Assembly: GCA_038727515.1 (NCBI GenBank)
Contig: JAVYVS010000007.1
Coordinates: 1 to 34,580 of the forward strand
Source of the DNA: Candidatus Methanomethylicia archaeon
GTDB lineage: Archaea > Thermoproteota > Methanomethylicia > Culexarchaeales > Culexarchaeaceae
Reading direction: 5' to 3'
Length of the DNA stretch: 34,580 nucleotides
In this document: positions 16,046 through 24,239 of the stretch, piece by piece
How the letters are laid out: each line of letters starts with the position of its first letter
How positions within the stretch are numbered: position 1 is the first letter of the stretch
Made by a program: the position numbers and the translations under genes
Notes under the pieces: model-generated
Seen by the model: only the letters and a program-made list of their open reading frames with translations
Told to the model about the DNA's origin: nothing
Database searches by the model: none

Positions 16046-16216
16046 TTAACGATTATCAAGTGCTTTTATCTTTATTTCCTTTGTATTTAATTGTAGTTGT
16101 TTATAGCATTTTGGGCATTTACCACCATATCTCTTTATTATTTCATGTGGGTTTGCTAATTCATCGCCCCTATAAAAGATGAATCCGCATCTACTACAGT
16201 AGATCCTTATGGTCAT
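16046..16216 (-). CDS. Small CxxC...CPxC Zn-ribbon protein (56 aa; below the ORF-track cutoff)
   Basis: Hand translation: MTIRIYCSRCGFIFYRGDELANPHEIIKRYGGKCPKCYKQLQLNTKEIKIKALDNR*. Two Cys pairs; fills the gap upstream of rgy; GAGG RBS-like sequence upstream. Confidence 0.85.
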   Translation of the reverse strand: MTIRIYCSRCGFIFYRGDELANPHEIIKRYGGKCPKCYKQLQLNTKEIKIKALDNR

Positions 16217-16300
16217 GTTTCCACAATTCCCTCATTAACACTCATATTAATAAAGCTTTTTTGTTAAGTTTTTATCTGCCCTTTCCATTTATATGATTAG

Positions 16301-16681
16301 GTGAGTGATGTGAGTGTAGAAGATATTGATCTTGAGGTTTTAAAGCTTAAGAAGATGGCTAAAATGAGAAAATCCATTACACGTTCAGATGAAGCTCCTG
16401 TTTCTATGAAGGATTATAAAAGTATATTACTTAATAAGTTGACTGAGAGGGCTAAGGAAATTTTAAAGTATGCTGAAGAACAGTTTCCTGAAGAAACCAA
16501 GAGGATTATAGAAGTTTTAGCTAAAGCTATTGATTCTGGTGTTATTAGTGATTATATTGATGAGTATTCCCTATATGATTTATTTATTAGTTTAGGTTTG
16601 AATGTTAGGATTCCAACTAAAATTTATTATGCTCGGAAGGGTGAGAAGAAATCTCTTTACGATTTATTTAAGGGTGTTTAA
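16301..16681 (+). CDS. PDCD5-like / dsDNA-binding-domain protein (divergent)
   Basis: EDIDLEVLKLKKM N-terminus, LTERAKEIL...FPE and G.I...ID...L..L pattern, similar to archaeal PDCD5-related proteins. Confidence 0.55.
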   Translation: MSDVSVEDIDLEVLKLKKMAKMRKSITRSDEAPVSMKDYKSILLNKLTERAKEILKYAEEQFPEETKRIIEVLAKAIDSGVISDYIDEYSLYDLFISLGLNVRIPTKIYYARKGEKKSLYDLFKGV

Positions 16682-16683
16682 TT

Positions 16684-17679
16684 ATGGATTGGAGTTTACA
16701 TGGTTTTAATGGTATTTTACTTCTCCTTGAAAACTTCTCATTTTCCATAGATCCCGTTTCTAGTGGGTTTGAGGGAGATGCGATCGTGATTAGTCATGCT
16801 CATGGAGATCATATTGCTGGATTGAGATCTAAAAGGTTTAAATTAGCTTCTCATCAGACCTTTAGATTATATGAAGTTATTTTTAATCATAGAATTGAGA
16901 ATTTTCATGGGTTTTTTATGGATGGTCAAAGAATTACTTTGGGGGGTGTGGATTTAGAGGGTTATAATTCTGGTCATATACTTGGTTCTCTTCAATTTAG
17001 GTTTGAAAGATTTTCATCATCCATTGTTTATACTGGTGATTTAAATCTTGTTGATACAATTATTACATGTGCCGGTAAAATCTTAGAGTGTGATGAGCTT
17101 ATTATTGATGCAACTTATGGTAGCCCTAATATTTCATTTCCAGATAGATCTTTGATTTATGAAGATCTAGTTAATTTTGTGGAGTCTTCCGTTAAGGCTG
17201 GTAGACCTCCAGTTTTTAAAGCTTATTCTATTGGTAAAGCTCAGGAAATTATTGCATTGATTAATAAGTCTCTTGGATGGGAGGTTTTAGTTGATTCTAA
17301 AATTTCTAGGATTAACGAGGTTTATCGATCTTTTGGTATAAATTTAAGGTATATTCCATTATCTTCCAATGAGGGTATTGAATCCTTTAGGTCTAAATCT
17401 CTTCCAGTGGTTACTTCAAGTTATCATGTGCTTAAGATTGCTTCAAAATTTAATATGCTTAGAGCTGTTGCTACTGGCTGGTCCTCCATATATCGTCTTA
17501 ATGGGTTTGATGCTTCTTTTCCATTGAGTAGTCATGCTGATTTTAATCAACTTATTTCATATGTTGAGGGGTCTAAAGCTAAGAGGGTTTATCCTATTGG
17601 TAGATTTTCACGTCAATTTTCCAATTGGATTAGGAAAAAGATGAATATAGATTCTAAGATTCTTCAAGATTTTTCTTGA
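16684..17679 (+). CDS. Metallo-beta-lactamase/beta-CASP-type nuclease
   Basis: SHAHGDH, GHILGS, YTGD, DATYG, YSIGKAQE and LSSHADF motifs. Confidence 0.88.
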   Translation: MDWSLHGFNGILLLLENFSFSIDPVSSGFEGDAIVISHAHGDHIAGLRSKRFKLASHQTFRLYEVIFNHRIENFHGFFMDGQRITLGGVDLEGYNSGHILGSLQFRFERFSSSIVYTGDLNLVDTIITCAGKILECDELIIDATYGSPNISFPDRSLIYEDLVNFVESSVKAGRPPVFKAYSIGKAQEIIALINKSLGWEVLVDSKISRINEVYRSFGINLRYIPLSSNEGIESFRSKSLPVVTSSYHVLKIASKFNMLRAVATGWSSIYRLNGFDASFPLSSHADFNQLISYVEGSKAKRVYPIGRFSRQFSNWIRKKMNIDSKILQDFS

Positions 17680-18102
17680 TCATGGCTGTAATAGTTTTAG
17701 TTTTGTTTTTTCATCATATTTCCTTAATAGTTTTAGGTTTTCTCCCTCTATTATTGTTAATTCTGCTGTTGGATTTATTATGCATCCATTCATTAAGTGT
17801 CCTCCATGGCATATTCCATCTTCTCCTGCAATACTTATATGTGCATGTACTATTATTCCATTCTCATCTTCAGCTATATTGCCTATGCATGAAACTATTT
17901 CTAAGTGTCCCATTTCCTCTTTAACCTTATATTCTCCATTTACATAGATTCCATATCTAGCTTTACTTAAAGCTCCTATTACCATTATTTGTCCTGCTGA
18001 TATCTTCTTCTCCTTTACGATTCTAATTATTTCCTGCATTAAGTCTTCATTTTCCCTTAATCTAGCGATGACTATTCTTCCAATCTTTGATTCTTTGCTC
18101 AT
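17680..18102 (-). CDS. PPC/DUF296 domain protein
   Basis: RLRENEDL, IGAL, EIVSCIGNI, HAHISIA and GGHL motifs. Confidence 0.92.
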   Translation of the reverse strand: MSKESKIGRIVIARLRENEDLMQEIIRIVKEKKISAGQIMVIGALSKARYGIYVNGEYKVKEEMGHLEIVSCIGNIAEDENGIIVHAHISIAGEDGICHGGHLMNGCIINPTAELTIIEGENLKLLRKYDEKTKLKLLQP

Positions 18103-18110
18103 GTATAAAA

Positions 18111-18785
18111 TTATTCTATCAATGGATATATTTCCTCTTCTATGAATTTTAGTAATTCATATTGAGTTATTTTGCTGAATGCTGTTACTACGCAGTTTCT
18201 TGTTAAACCTATTATATATCCATGTTTTCTTGATTTTGCAACTATATACCATATTGTTCCATGTAATAGGTATTGGAGGTATAGTGTTGTATTTTTCAAG
18301 TCTTCTCCATATAGGCTTAGTTTATTTATGTTTGGTATGTCTACGTTATCGAAGAATATGACTTTTGTTGCTTCAGGATTTTCTTCGTGGTATTTCTTAA
18401 GGGTTTCTGGATTTATCTTTGCTTCTACAATTGCGCCTATTGCAATGAATATTATTTTGCTTAATTCATTGGCTACATAATTAGCCCAATTCTTCTTTCC
18501 AATTATAGTTAATAGTAGTTTTTCATGGTATTTGTTGAATTTGAATGGTGCTTCTAATGTTATTATTGTTGGAATTTTTTCGCCTCTCCTATTAACATAT
18601 ATTAATTCGTCTTTTAGATAGGTTCCAGTTAGAGATTCACCGATTAAGTCTAGATCTACTATTTCTGTTATGAGCTTTTTTCCATCTTCAATTTCTTCTT
18701 CAATATGGTATCCAGATAATTTTCTAGCTATGCTTTTCATGTCTATGGCTTCATTTACTTTGAATACTTTTGCTGCTAAAACCAT
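18111..18785 (-). CDS. Hypothetical protein, divergently transcribed from the SMC operon
   Basis: 224-aa ORF with GGTGA RBS and normal codon usage; no motif recognised. Confidence 0.75.
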   Translation of the reverse strand: MVLAAKVFKVNEAIDMKSIARKLSGYHIEEEIEDGKKLITEIVDLDLIGESLTGTYLKDELIYVNRRGEKIPTIITLEAPFKFNKYHEKLLLTIIGKKNWANYVANELSKIIFIAIGAIVEAKINPETLKKYHEENPEATKVIFFDNVDIPNINKLSLYGEDLKNTTLYLQYLLHGTIWYIVAKSRKHGYIIGLTRNCVVTAFSKITQYELLKFIEEEIYPLIE

Positions 18786-18875
18786 TTATATCACCATGCC
18801 CTTTTCATTTTGTTCATAAAATATATTCTAGCTGAATCTTAATATAATTGTGTAGTTTGAAGGGTTGTTGAAATA

Positions 18876-20693
18876 ATGTTTATTCGTGAAGTTATTTTAG
18901 AAAATTTCATGTCATATGAGTATGGTAGAATCCCCTTATGTTCTGGTTTAAATATTATTTGTGGTCCTAATGGTGCTGGTAAATCCTCCATTTTACTTGG
19001 GATTTCCATTGCTCTTGGAGCTCAATATACTGAGCGTGGTAGGAGGCTTAGAGATCTTATTCGTTGGGGTTCAAAGATGTCTAGGGTTAGTGTTGTTATT
19101 GATAATAGTATTAGGGGTAGGAGTAGACCTTATCCGAAGATTCGTTCTGATACTATTAGGATTTCAAGGTATCTTAGAATTGATGGTTCCTATTGGTTTG
19201 AGGTTAATGATGTTGAGTATAGTAGAAGTGAAATTCAAAGTATTTTGAAGGCTTTTGGCTTTAATCCCGATAATATGCTTGTGATTATGCATCAGAATAT
19301 GGTTGAAGAATTTGCAATTGTTCCTCCAAGGGATAAATTAAGGCTTCTTGAGGATGCTGTGGGTTTAACTCGTTATAGAGAGAGGGTTAGAGATGTTAAA
19401 GCTAGGCTAGAGAGTGTTTTACGTGATGAAGCTGAAGTGAATTCAATGTTGGAGAAGGCTAAAGCTAATTTGGATTATTGGCGTGGTGAATATGAGAAAC
19501 TTAAGGTTAGAAATGAACTTTTAATGCGTAAAAGGGAGTTGGAGGTGGAGCTTGCATGGTCTAAAGTTAAGCGTAAGTCTTCTTCACTTAATGAGTTGAA
19601 ATCTAAAATCGAGAGTTTGAGGAACAGGCTTAAAGCTCTTATGGATTCTCATGGTAAGCTTGAATCTGAAATTAAAGTTTTGGAGGGTGATATTGCTAAT
19701 GTTGAATTTGAGAGGAGGAGACTTGTGGATTTAATGGTGGAATATGCTAAGATTATTGGTAGACTTGAAGCTTTTAATGTTTCTTCTACTTCTGATAAAT
19801 TTGATGATGTTATTTCAAAATTCTCTAAATTTAAGGTTGATTTTGAAGGTTTATGTAAGCGTTTTGAATCTTTAATTAAGGTTTATGTTGATAGGGTGGC
19901 TTCGAAATCTGTTTTAGAATATAGGATTGATGATTTATCATCTGAAATTAAGTTTAGGGAGAGGGATTTAAAGTCTTTGGAGGATGAATTTAAGTCTATT
20001 GTTGCTGAAGCTGAAGCTCTTGGTAGTGCTCCAAGTATTGTTAGAGGGGTTGATGATGTTTATTCTGATTTACTTGTTGTTAATACTAGGTTGGAAACTT
20101 TAGGTGAAGTTTCTCCTGAAGCTGAGAAAATGTATAATAGTTTTACTTCTACATTTAATGATTTAGTTGAGAGGGCAAGAATTCTCAGTGAAAATAGGAA
20201 GATGATTTTAGAGGAGCTTAAAGTTCGTGTGGAAGCTTGGAGGAAAGCTATTTCAGATATTATTTCTGGGATTAACTCTATATACCGTGGGATTTTGATT
20301 GGATTAGATGCTGATGGAATTGTGAGGATAACTAATTCTGATGATATTGATAATGCTGGGTTGGAGATACTTGTTGGATTTAAAGGTTCTAAACCAATAT
20401 TACTGGATGGTTATTCTCAGAGTGGTGGTGAACGTACAATTGCCATAATCTCCTTTTTATTGGCATCTCAGAAATTTATTAAGTCTCCATTTAGAGCTGT
20501 GGATGAATTTGATGTTCATATGGATCCTAGGAATAGGGAGACCATATTCAAGAACATATTGTCGTTTTTTAAGGGTGAGGAAGCTCAATACCTAGCTATA
20601 ACTCCGAGTCCAATTATTGTTGGTGAGAATGTTAACGTAATTTTTGTTCAGAATGTTGGTGGTAAATCTGAAGTTAAAGTGGTGTCTAAATGA
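18876..20693 (+). CDS. Short SMC-family ATPase, Smc5/6- or ClsN-related
   Basis: LENFMSY, Walker A GPNGAGKS, Q-loop HQN, coiled coils, signature QSGGER and Walker B/D-loop SPFRAVDEFDVHMD (Smc5/6-type). Confidence 0.9.
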   Translation: MFIREVILENFMSYEYGRIPLCSGLNIICGPNGAGKSSILLGISIALGAQYTERGRRLRDLIRWGSKMSRVSVVIDNSIRGRSRPYPKIRSDTIRISRYLRIDGSYWFEVNDVEYSRSEIQSILKAFGFNPDNMLVIMHQNMVEEFAIVPPRDKLRLLEDAVGLTRYRERVRDVKARLESVLRDEAEVNSMLEKAKANLDYWRGEYEKLKVRNELLMRKRELEVELAWSKVKRKSSSLNELKSKIESLRNRLKALMDSHGKLESEIKVLEGDIANVEFERRRLVDLMVEYAKIIGRLEAFNVSSTSDKFDDVISKFSKFKVDFEGLCKRFESLIKVYVDRVASKSVLEYRIDDLSSEIKFRERDLKSLEDEFKSIVAEAEALGSAPSIVRGVDDVYSDLLVVNTRLETLGEVSPEAEKMYNSFTSTFNDLVERARILSENRKMILEELKVRVEAWRKAISDIISGINSIYRGILIGLDADGIVRITNSDDIDNAGLEILVGFKGSKPILLDGYSQSGGERTIAIISFLLASQKFIKSPFRAVDEFDVHMDPRNRETIFKNILSFFKGEEAQYLAITPSPIIVGENVNVIFVQNVGGKSEVKVVSK

Positions 20694-21478
20694 GGTTTAA
20701 GGTTAAACGTGAATTGGTGGAGAGGATTATTGGTACTTGTGAACGTGTTTTACGTAGAGGTTTAGACCCATTTGTTGTTGATGTGGAAAAATATGTTTCT
20801 TACTTAAAGGATTTTTTGATGCAATCAAAATCCACTGAGGATTTAGCTTTGGATTTAGAAGCTTTGGAGGCTTTGAGTAGGGTTGTTGAGTTTCAAGGTA
20901 GATGGGTTATTGATAAATCTTCAAAATTATTTTTTGATCCATTGATAATCGAATTAAAGGTTAAAAGTTTGAGTTTAAATGATCTTGCGCATATATTGTG
21001 TCATGTTTTTCATCCAATAGCTTCTTTAAGAATTATTTCCCGTAGAGGTTTTGAAGAGGCTGTTAAATATTGGTTTAATCTTCCACCATTAAGAGATAGG
21101 TGGGGGAGGCTTCCACAGCCAGTGTTTAAAGTTGAATCTGCTTCCATTGAAGATTTGATTAGGAGTAGACTTGCACTTAAAGGTTCTTTTAGTGAGATGC
21201 TTGAAGAATTTTGGGGTAGAATTAAGGATTTGTCTAGTAGGGGTGTAATTTATTATTGGGATTTCTTGAAGTCTGATAGTTTTGAAGATTCAATTTTAAA
21301 GGCTTATATGATATCCTTTCTAGCATCCTATGGTTATGTGAAATTGGATTTTGATCCTAAGGTTGAAGATTACATTATAATTCCATATGAAAGTAAAGTT
21401 GAAGTTTCTGGTTCAAATTCCATTGCAATATCTATTTCATATGGTGAATGGTTGAGGAGGGTTAAAGGTGGAGGGTAA
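20690..21478 (+). CDS. Putative kleisin (ScpA/Nse4-like)
   Basis: ATGA overlap with smc. N-terminal LDPFVVDV resembles the ScpA DPWxIDI motif. C-terminal winged helix YYWDFL..DSF......YMISFL...GYVKL resembles kleisin/Nse4 C-termini. Confidence 0.7.
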   Translation: MRFKVKRELVERIIGTCERVLRRGLDPFVVDVEKYVSYLKDFLMQSKSTEDLALDLEALEALSRVVEFQGRWVIDKSSKLFFDPLIIELKVKSLSLNDLAHILCHVFHPIASLRIISRRGFEEAVKYWFNLPPLRDRWGRLPQPVFKVESASIEDLIRSRLALKGSFSEMLEEFWGRIKDLSSRGVIYYWDFLKSDSFEDSILKAYMISFLASYGYVKLDFDPKVEDYIIIPYESKVEVSGSNSIAISISYGEWLRRVKGGG

Positions 21479-22022
21479 AGCTGAATTAAAATCTAAAATT
21501 GAACGTGCAGCTCAATTGTTGTTGATACAGAGGCATAGAAGACCTGGAGTTAAGGGTTGGGAGCTTAAGAGAGCTTTAGGTAGACGTTATCTTGAAGTTA
21601 TAAAGCTTTTGGATGATGAACTTTCAAAATTTGGTTTGAAGGTTAAAGTGGTATTTATGGAGGATGTTTCCGAGCCTAAAGCTGAAGATTATGATAAAGC
21701 TATTTTCATGGTTACATTTAGACATCCCGCGAAAATCACTGATGTTTTGACTTCAGGTTGGAGTATTGATGAACTTGGCGCTTTAGCTGCATGTATTGCC
21801 TTCATAAATTCTAGGGGTGGTAGTGTTAGGAGGAAGGATGTAGAGGAGGTTTTAGCTGAGAAGCTTCCAAGGTGGAGGGTTGAAACTATACTTGACCGCT
21901 TTATTAGGATGGGTTACTTGGAGGTTAAAGATGATTATCTTGCTTTAGGTTGGCGTAGTAAAGCTGAAGTGGATGCTGACCTGCTATCCCTAGGTCTTGT
22001 CTCCTATGGTTCCACTACTTGA
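21468..22022 (+). CDS. Putative KITE subunit (tandem winged helix; Nse1/Nse3-MAGE-like, ScpB-equivalent)
   Basis: Overlaps the kleisin stop; 184 aa; C-terminal LDRFIRMGYLE...LGWRSKAE resembles the WH-B end of MAGE/Nse3 and Nse1. Confidence 0.65.
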   Translation: MEGKAELKSKIERAAQLLLIQRHRRPGVKGWELKRALGRRYLEVIKLLDDELSKFGLKVKVVFMEDVSEPKAEDYDKAIFMVTFRHPAKITDVLTSGWSIDELGALAACIAFINSRGGSVRRKDVEEVLAEKLPRWRVETILDRFIRMGYLEVKDDYLALGWRSKAEVDADLLSLGLVSYGSTT

Positions 22023-22835
22023 TTCACTTTCTCCACTTTTCACTTTTTCTAAAATTTTCTCAAGGTTTTCGGATATCTTTGAGAGTAATCCACTCTCACT
22101 ATGCTTTGATATTTCTTTGGAGATCATCTCTTTAACTTTTATGGGGTCTTTAACTCCAAATAGCACGTTTGGGCTTCTACCCCTTGGTATATTTACACTT
22201 TTTCCAGCTATAACTCCAAGTGATAATTGTTTTAGATTAATTCTCCCACTTATAGCAGCTATGTCTCCCCCTAATCCAAGTCCTGCTGTTGAGATCGGTA
22301 TTATTGTTCCAACATTAAGTATTCTCCCTATAATCCCCTTCTCCACAACTATATCCGTTATATATTGATAGCTTATTTCCCTCGATTTCTCCCTTATAAA
22401 CTTATATTCAGATATTATCCTTTCGCTGGTTATGTAGTATGTATGTGCATTTCTGTATGCATTGCTTATCGCGAGATAAATAATCCCCATAATGAGGGTT
22501 AGCGTAGATTCTTCTATTCCAAATTTCAATTTTACAATTACTGGTAAAGTTATCGTTAATATTCCAATTAGAAGCCACTTAATTGACGATTTTGTTATAA
22601 ACATTATTATGAATGGTAGGATCATAATGATTGCCCATACTATTATTGGCATATATTCAATTGGAAACAATAATATTCCCATATTTTCAATTATCTTTTC
22701 TACGATTTCATTTACATAAAACCTTAAGATTATGCTGAATGCAATTACATACATTGATATTAAATATAGCTCTATAAATGCTATAGAGTGAGGTTTAATT
22801 TTCAATATTAATTCTTCTCCTTCTCTTAACTTCAG
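21990..22835 (-). CDS. Membrane protein with bacterial PH (bPH_2)-like domain
   Basis: About four hydrophobic segments, then YYITSERII...ITDIVVEKGIIGRILNVGTI. Start either TTG 22805 or CTG 22835 (the latter has an RBS). Confidence 0.8.
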   Translation of the reverse strand: MKLREGEELILKIKPHSIAFIELYLISMYVIAFSIILRFYVNEIVEKIIENMGILLFPIEYMPIIVWAIIMILPFIIMFITKSSIKWLLIGILTITLPVIVKLKFGIEESTLTLIMGIIYLAISNAYRNAHTYYITSERIISEYKFIREKSREISYQYITDIVVEKGIIGRILNVGTIIPISTAGLGLGGDIAAISGRINLKQLSLGVIAGKSVNIPRGRSPNVLFGVKDPIKVKEMISKEISKHSESGLLSKISENLEKILEKVKSGESESSSGTIGDKT

Positions 22836-22914
22836 AAATCCTCACCTATTATACATTCCTTTTTCTAAAGTTAAATAATTATGTTTAAGATTTATGTGGT
22901 TTAGGGTTAATACC

Positions 22915-24201
22915 TTATATTACAAATCTCTCTTTTTCAACTCTTCTATTTGTTATCCCTATATCATTTACGTTAAATATTTCTCCATCAAAGAGTTCTA
23001 CTTCTTCCTCATCATTGTATATTGCTGCAACTATTCTACCTATTGCATCACCCTTCATTATTCCACTTCCACTATCTGCTGTAGCAACTATTATGTTTTC
23101 TTCTTTAAAGATTACTGGTTGTCCATCAAATGTGTTAATTCCATATTGACCCGCCCAAGAATTTATTGGATTTACATCTTTAAATTGTGGTAGGTATGTG
23201 GATAGTATTGGGTATATACCATACTTATAGAAGTTTTCTTCTGGTTGTGGATCTTCTTCAATCATTATGGGTCTTAAGAAGTCGTCTGCATATCCTATCC
23301 AAAAAGTTTTTTCATCTATGTCTGGTTTAATGTATATTCTTGGTTGAGGGAGTATTGTGAATGGAAGGCAATTCTCCATGTTAAATCCCTTCACATACAA
23401 TAGTTTTTCTAAAGGTCCCTCAGCTTTAACAACGAATATCTGTCTCTTCTTAGATCTCTGATAAGTATCTATTCCAATGGGATGTAATATTCTATCAGCC
23501 CAAACTCCTGCAGCTACAACTATCTTTTTAGCTTTAATCATTTTTCCATCTACTTCAACTCCCGTTGCCTTAGATCTCTGCCAAAAATATGGTTCTCCAG
23601 GTAATTCTAATTTTTCTTCTGGTTCTACTATAATCCTTTTAACATCTGCTCCATACATTGTTAATCCACCCATAGCTTTAAATCTAGATTCATAATATTC
23701 CACAAGTTTCTCCACATCCATTTTCCCAGCCTTTGGAACTAGAAGTCCAACATCTATATCCCTTAAACCACTTATTCCAGTTTCACTTGCCTTTACATTT
23801 GGATTTATTTTCTCTATAATCTCCTCTCTACTTACAATCCTATACTTCAACCCCCTTCTTTCCATTTCCCCTAAATCTACTTCTAAATTTTTGAATTGTT
23901 CTTCATCAAATAACCATAGATATCCAATCCATCTGATTCCAAGGTTAAATTTCTCCTTCTCCTCTATGTACTTATAGAATTCTATGGATGAATTTGCAAG
24001 TTTAAAATTGGTTTTTGAATGGAAGAAGTTTCTAAAGCATCCAGCACTTTTAGCAGTATTTTCTTGTCCAGCTGTTCTCCTCCTCTCAATTATTAAGACC
24101 TTATGTTCTGGATTCCTCCTTTTTATATGGTATGCAGATGCAAGTCCAAATATTCCTCCACCTACTATTATTACATCGTATTCTCCCAAATTTTTCACCA
24201 A
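22915..24201 (-). CDS. FAD-dependent oxidoreductase (DAO/sarcosine oxidase beta/proline dehydrogenase family)
   Basis: IIVGGGIFG Rossmann motif, NTAKSAG, VVAAGVW, WAGQY, DGQPVI and SGSGIM motifs. Confidence 0.9.
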   Translation of the reverse strand: MVKNLGEYDVIIVGGGIFGLASAYHIKRRNPEHKVLIIERRRTAGQENTAKSAGCFRNFFHSKTNFKLANSSIEFYKYIEEKEKFNLGIRWIGYLWLFDEEQFKNLEVDLGEMERRGLKYRIVSREEIIEKINPNVKASETGISGLRDIDVGLLVPKAGKMDVEKLVEYYESRFKAMGGLTMYGADVKRIIVEPEEKLELPGEPYFWQRSKATGVEVDGKMIKAKKIVVAAGVWADRILHPIGIDTYQRSKKRQIFVVKAEGPLEKLLYVKGFNMENCLPFTILPQPRIYIKPDIDEKTFWIGYADDFLRPIMIEEDPQPEENFYKYGIYPILSTYLPQFKDVNPINSWAGQYGINTFDGQPVIFKEENIIVATADSGSGIMKGDAIGRIVAAIYNDEEEVELFDGEIFNVNDIGITNRRVEKERFVI

Positions 24202-24239
24202 AACCCTTTAACATAATTTTATAAATTAAATCTTTTCAC

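Noticed and set aside
18876-22022. Wadjet/MksBEFG plasmid defence system or Rad50-Mre11
   Set aside because: No JetD/TOPRIM nuclease or Mre11 in the operon, no CxxC hook, the gene order differs, and the context is core genome.
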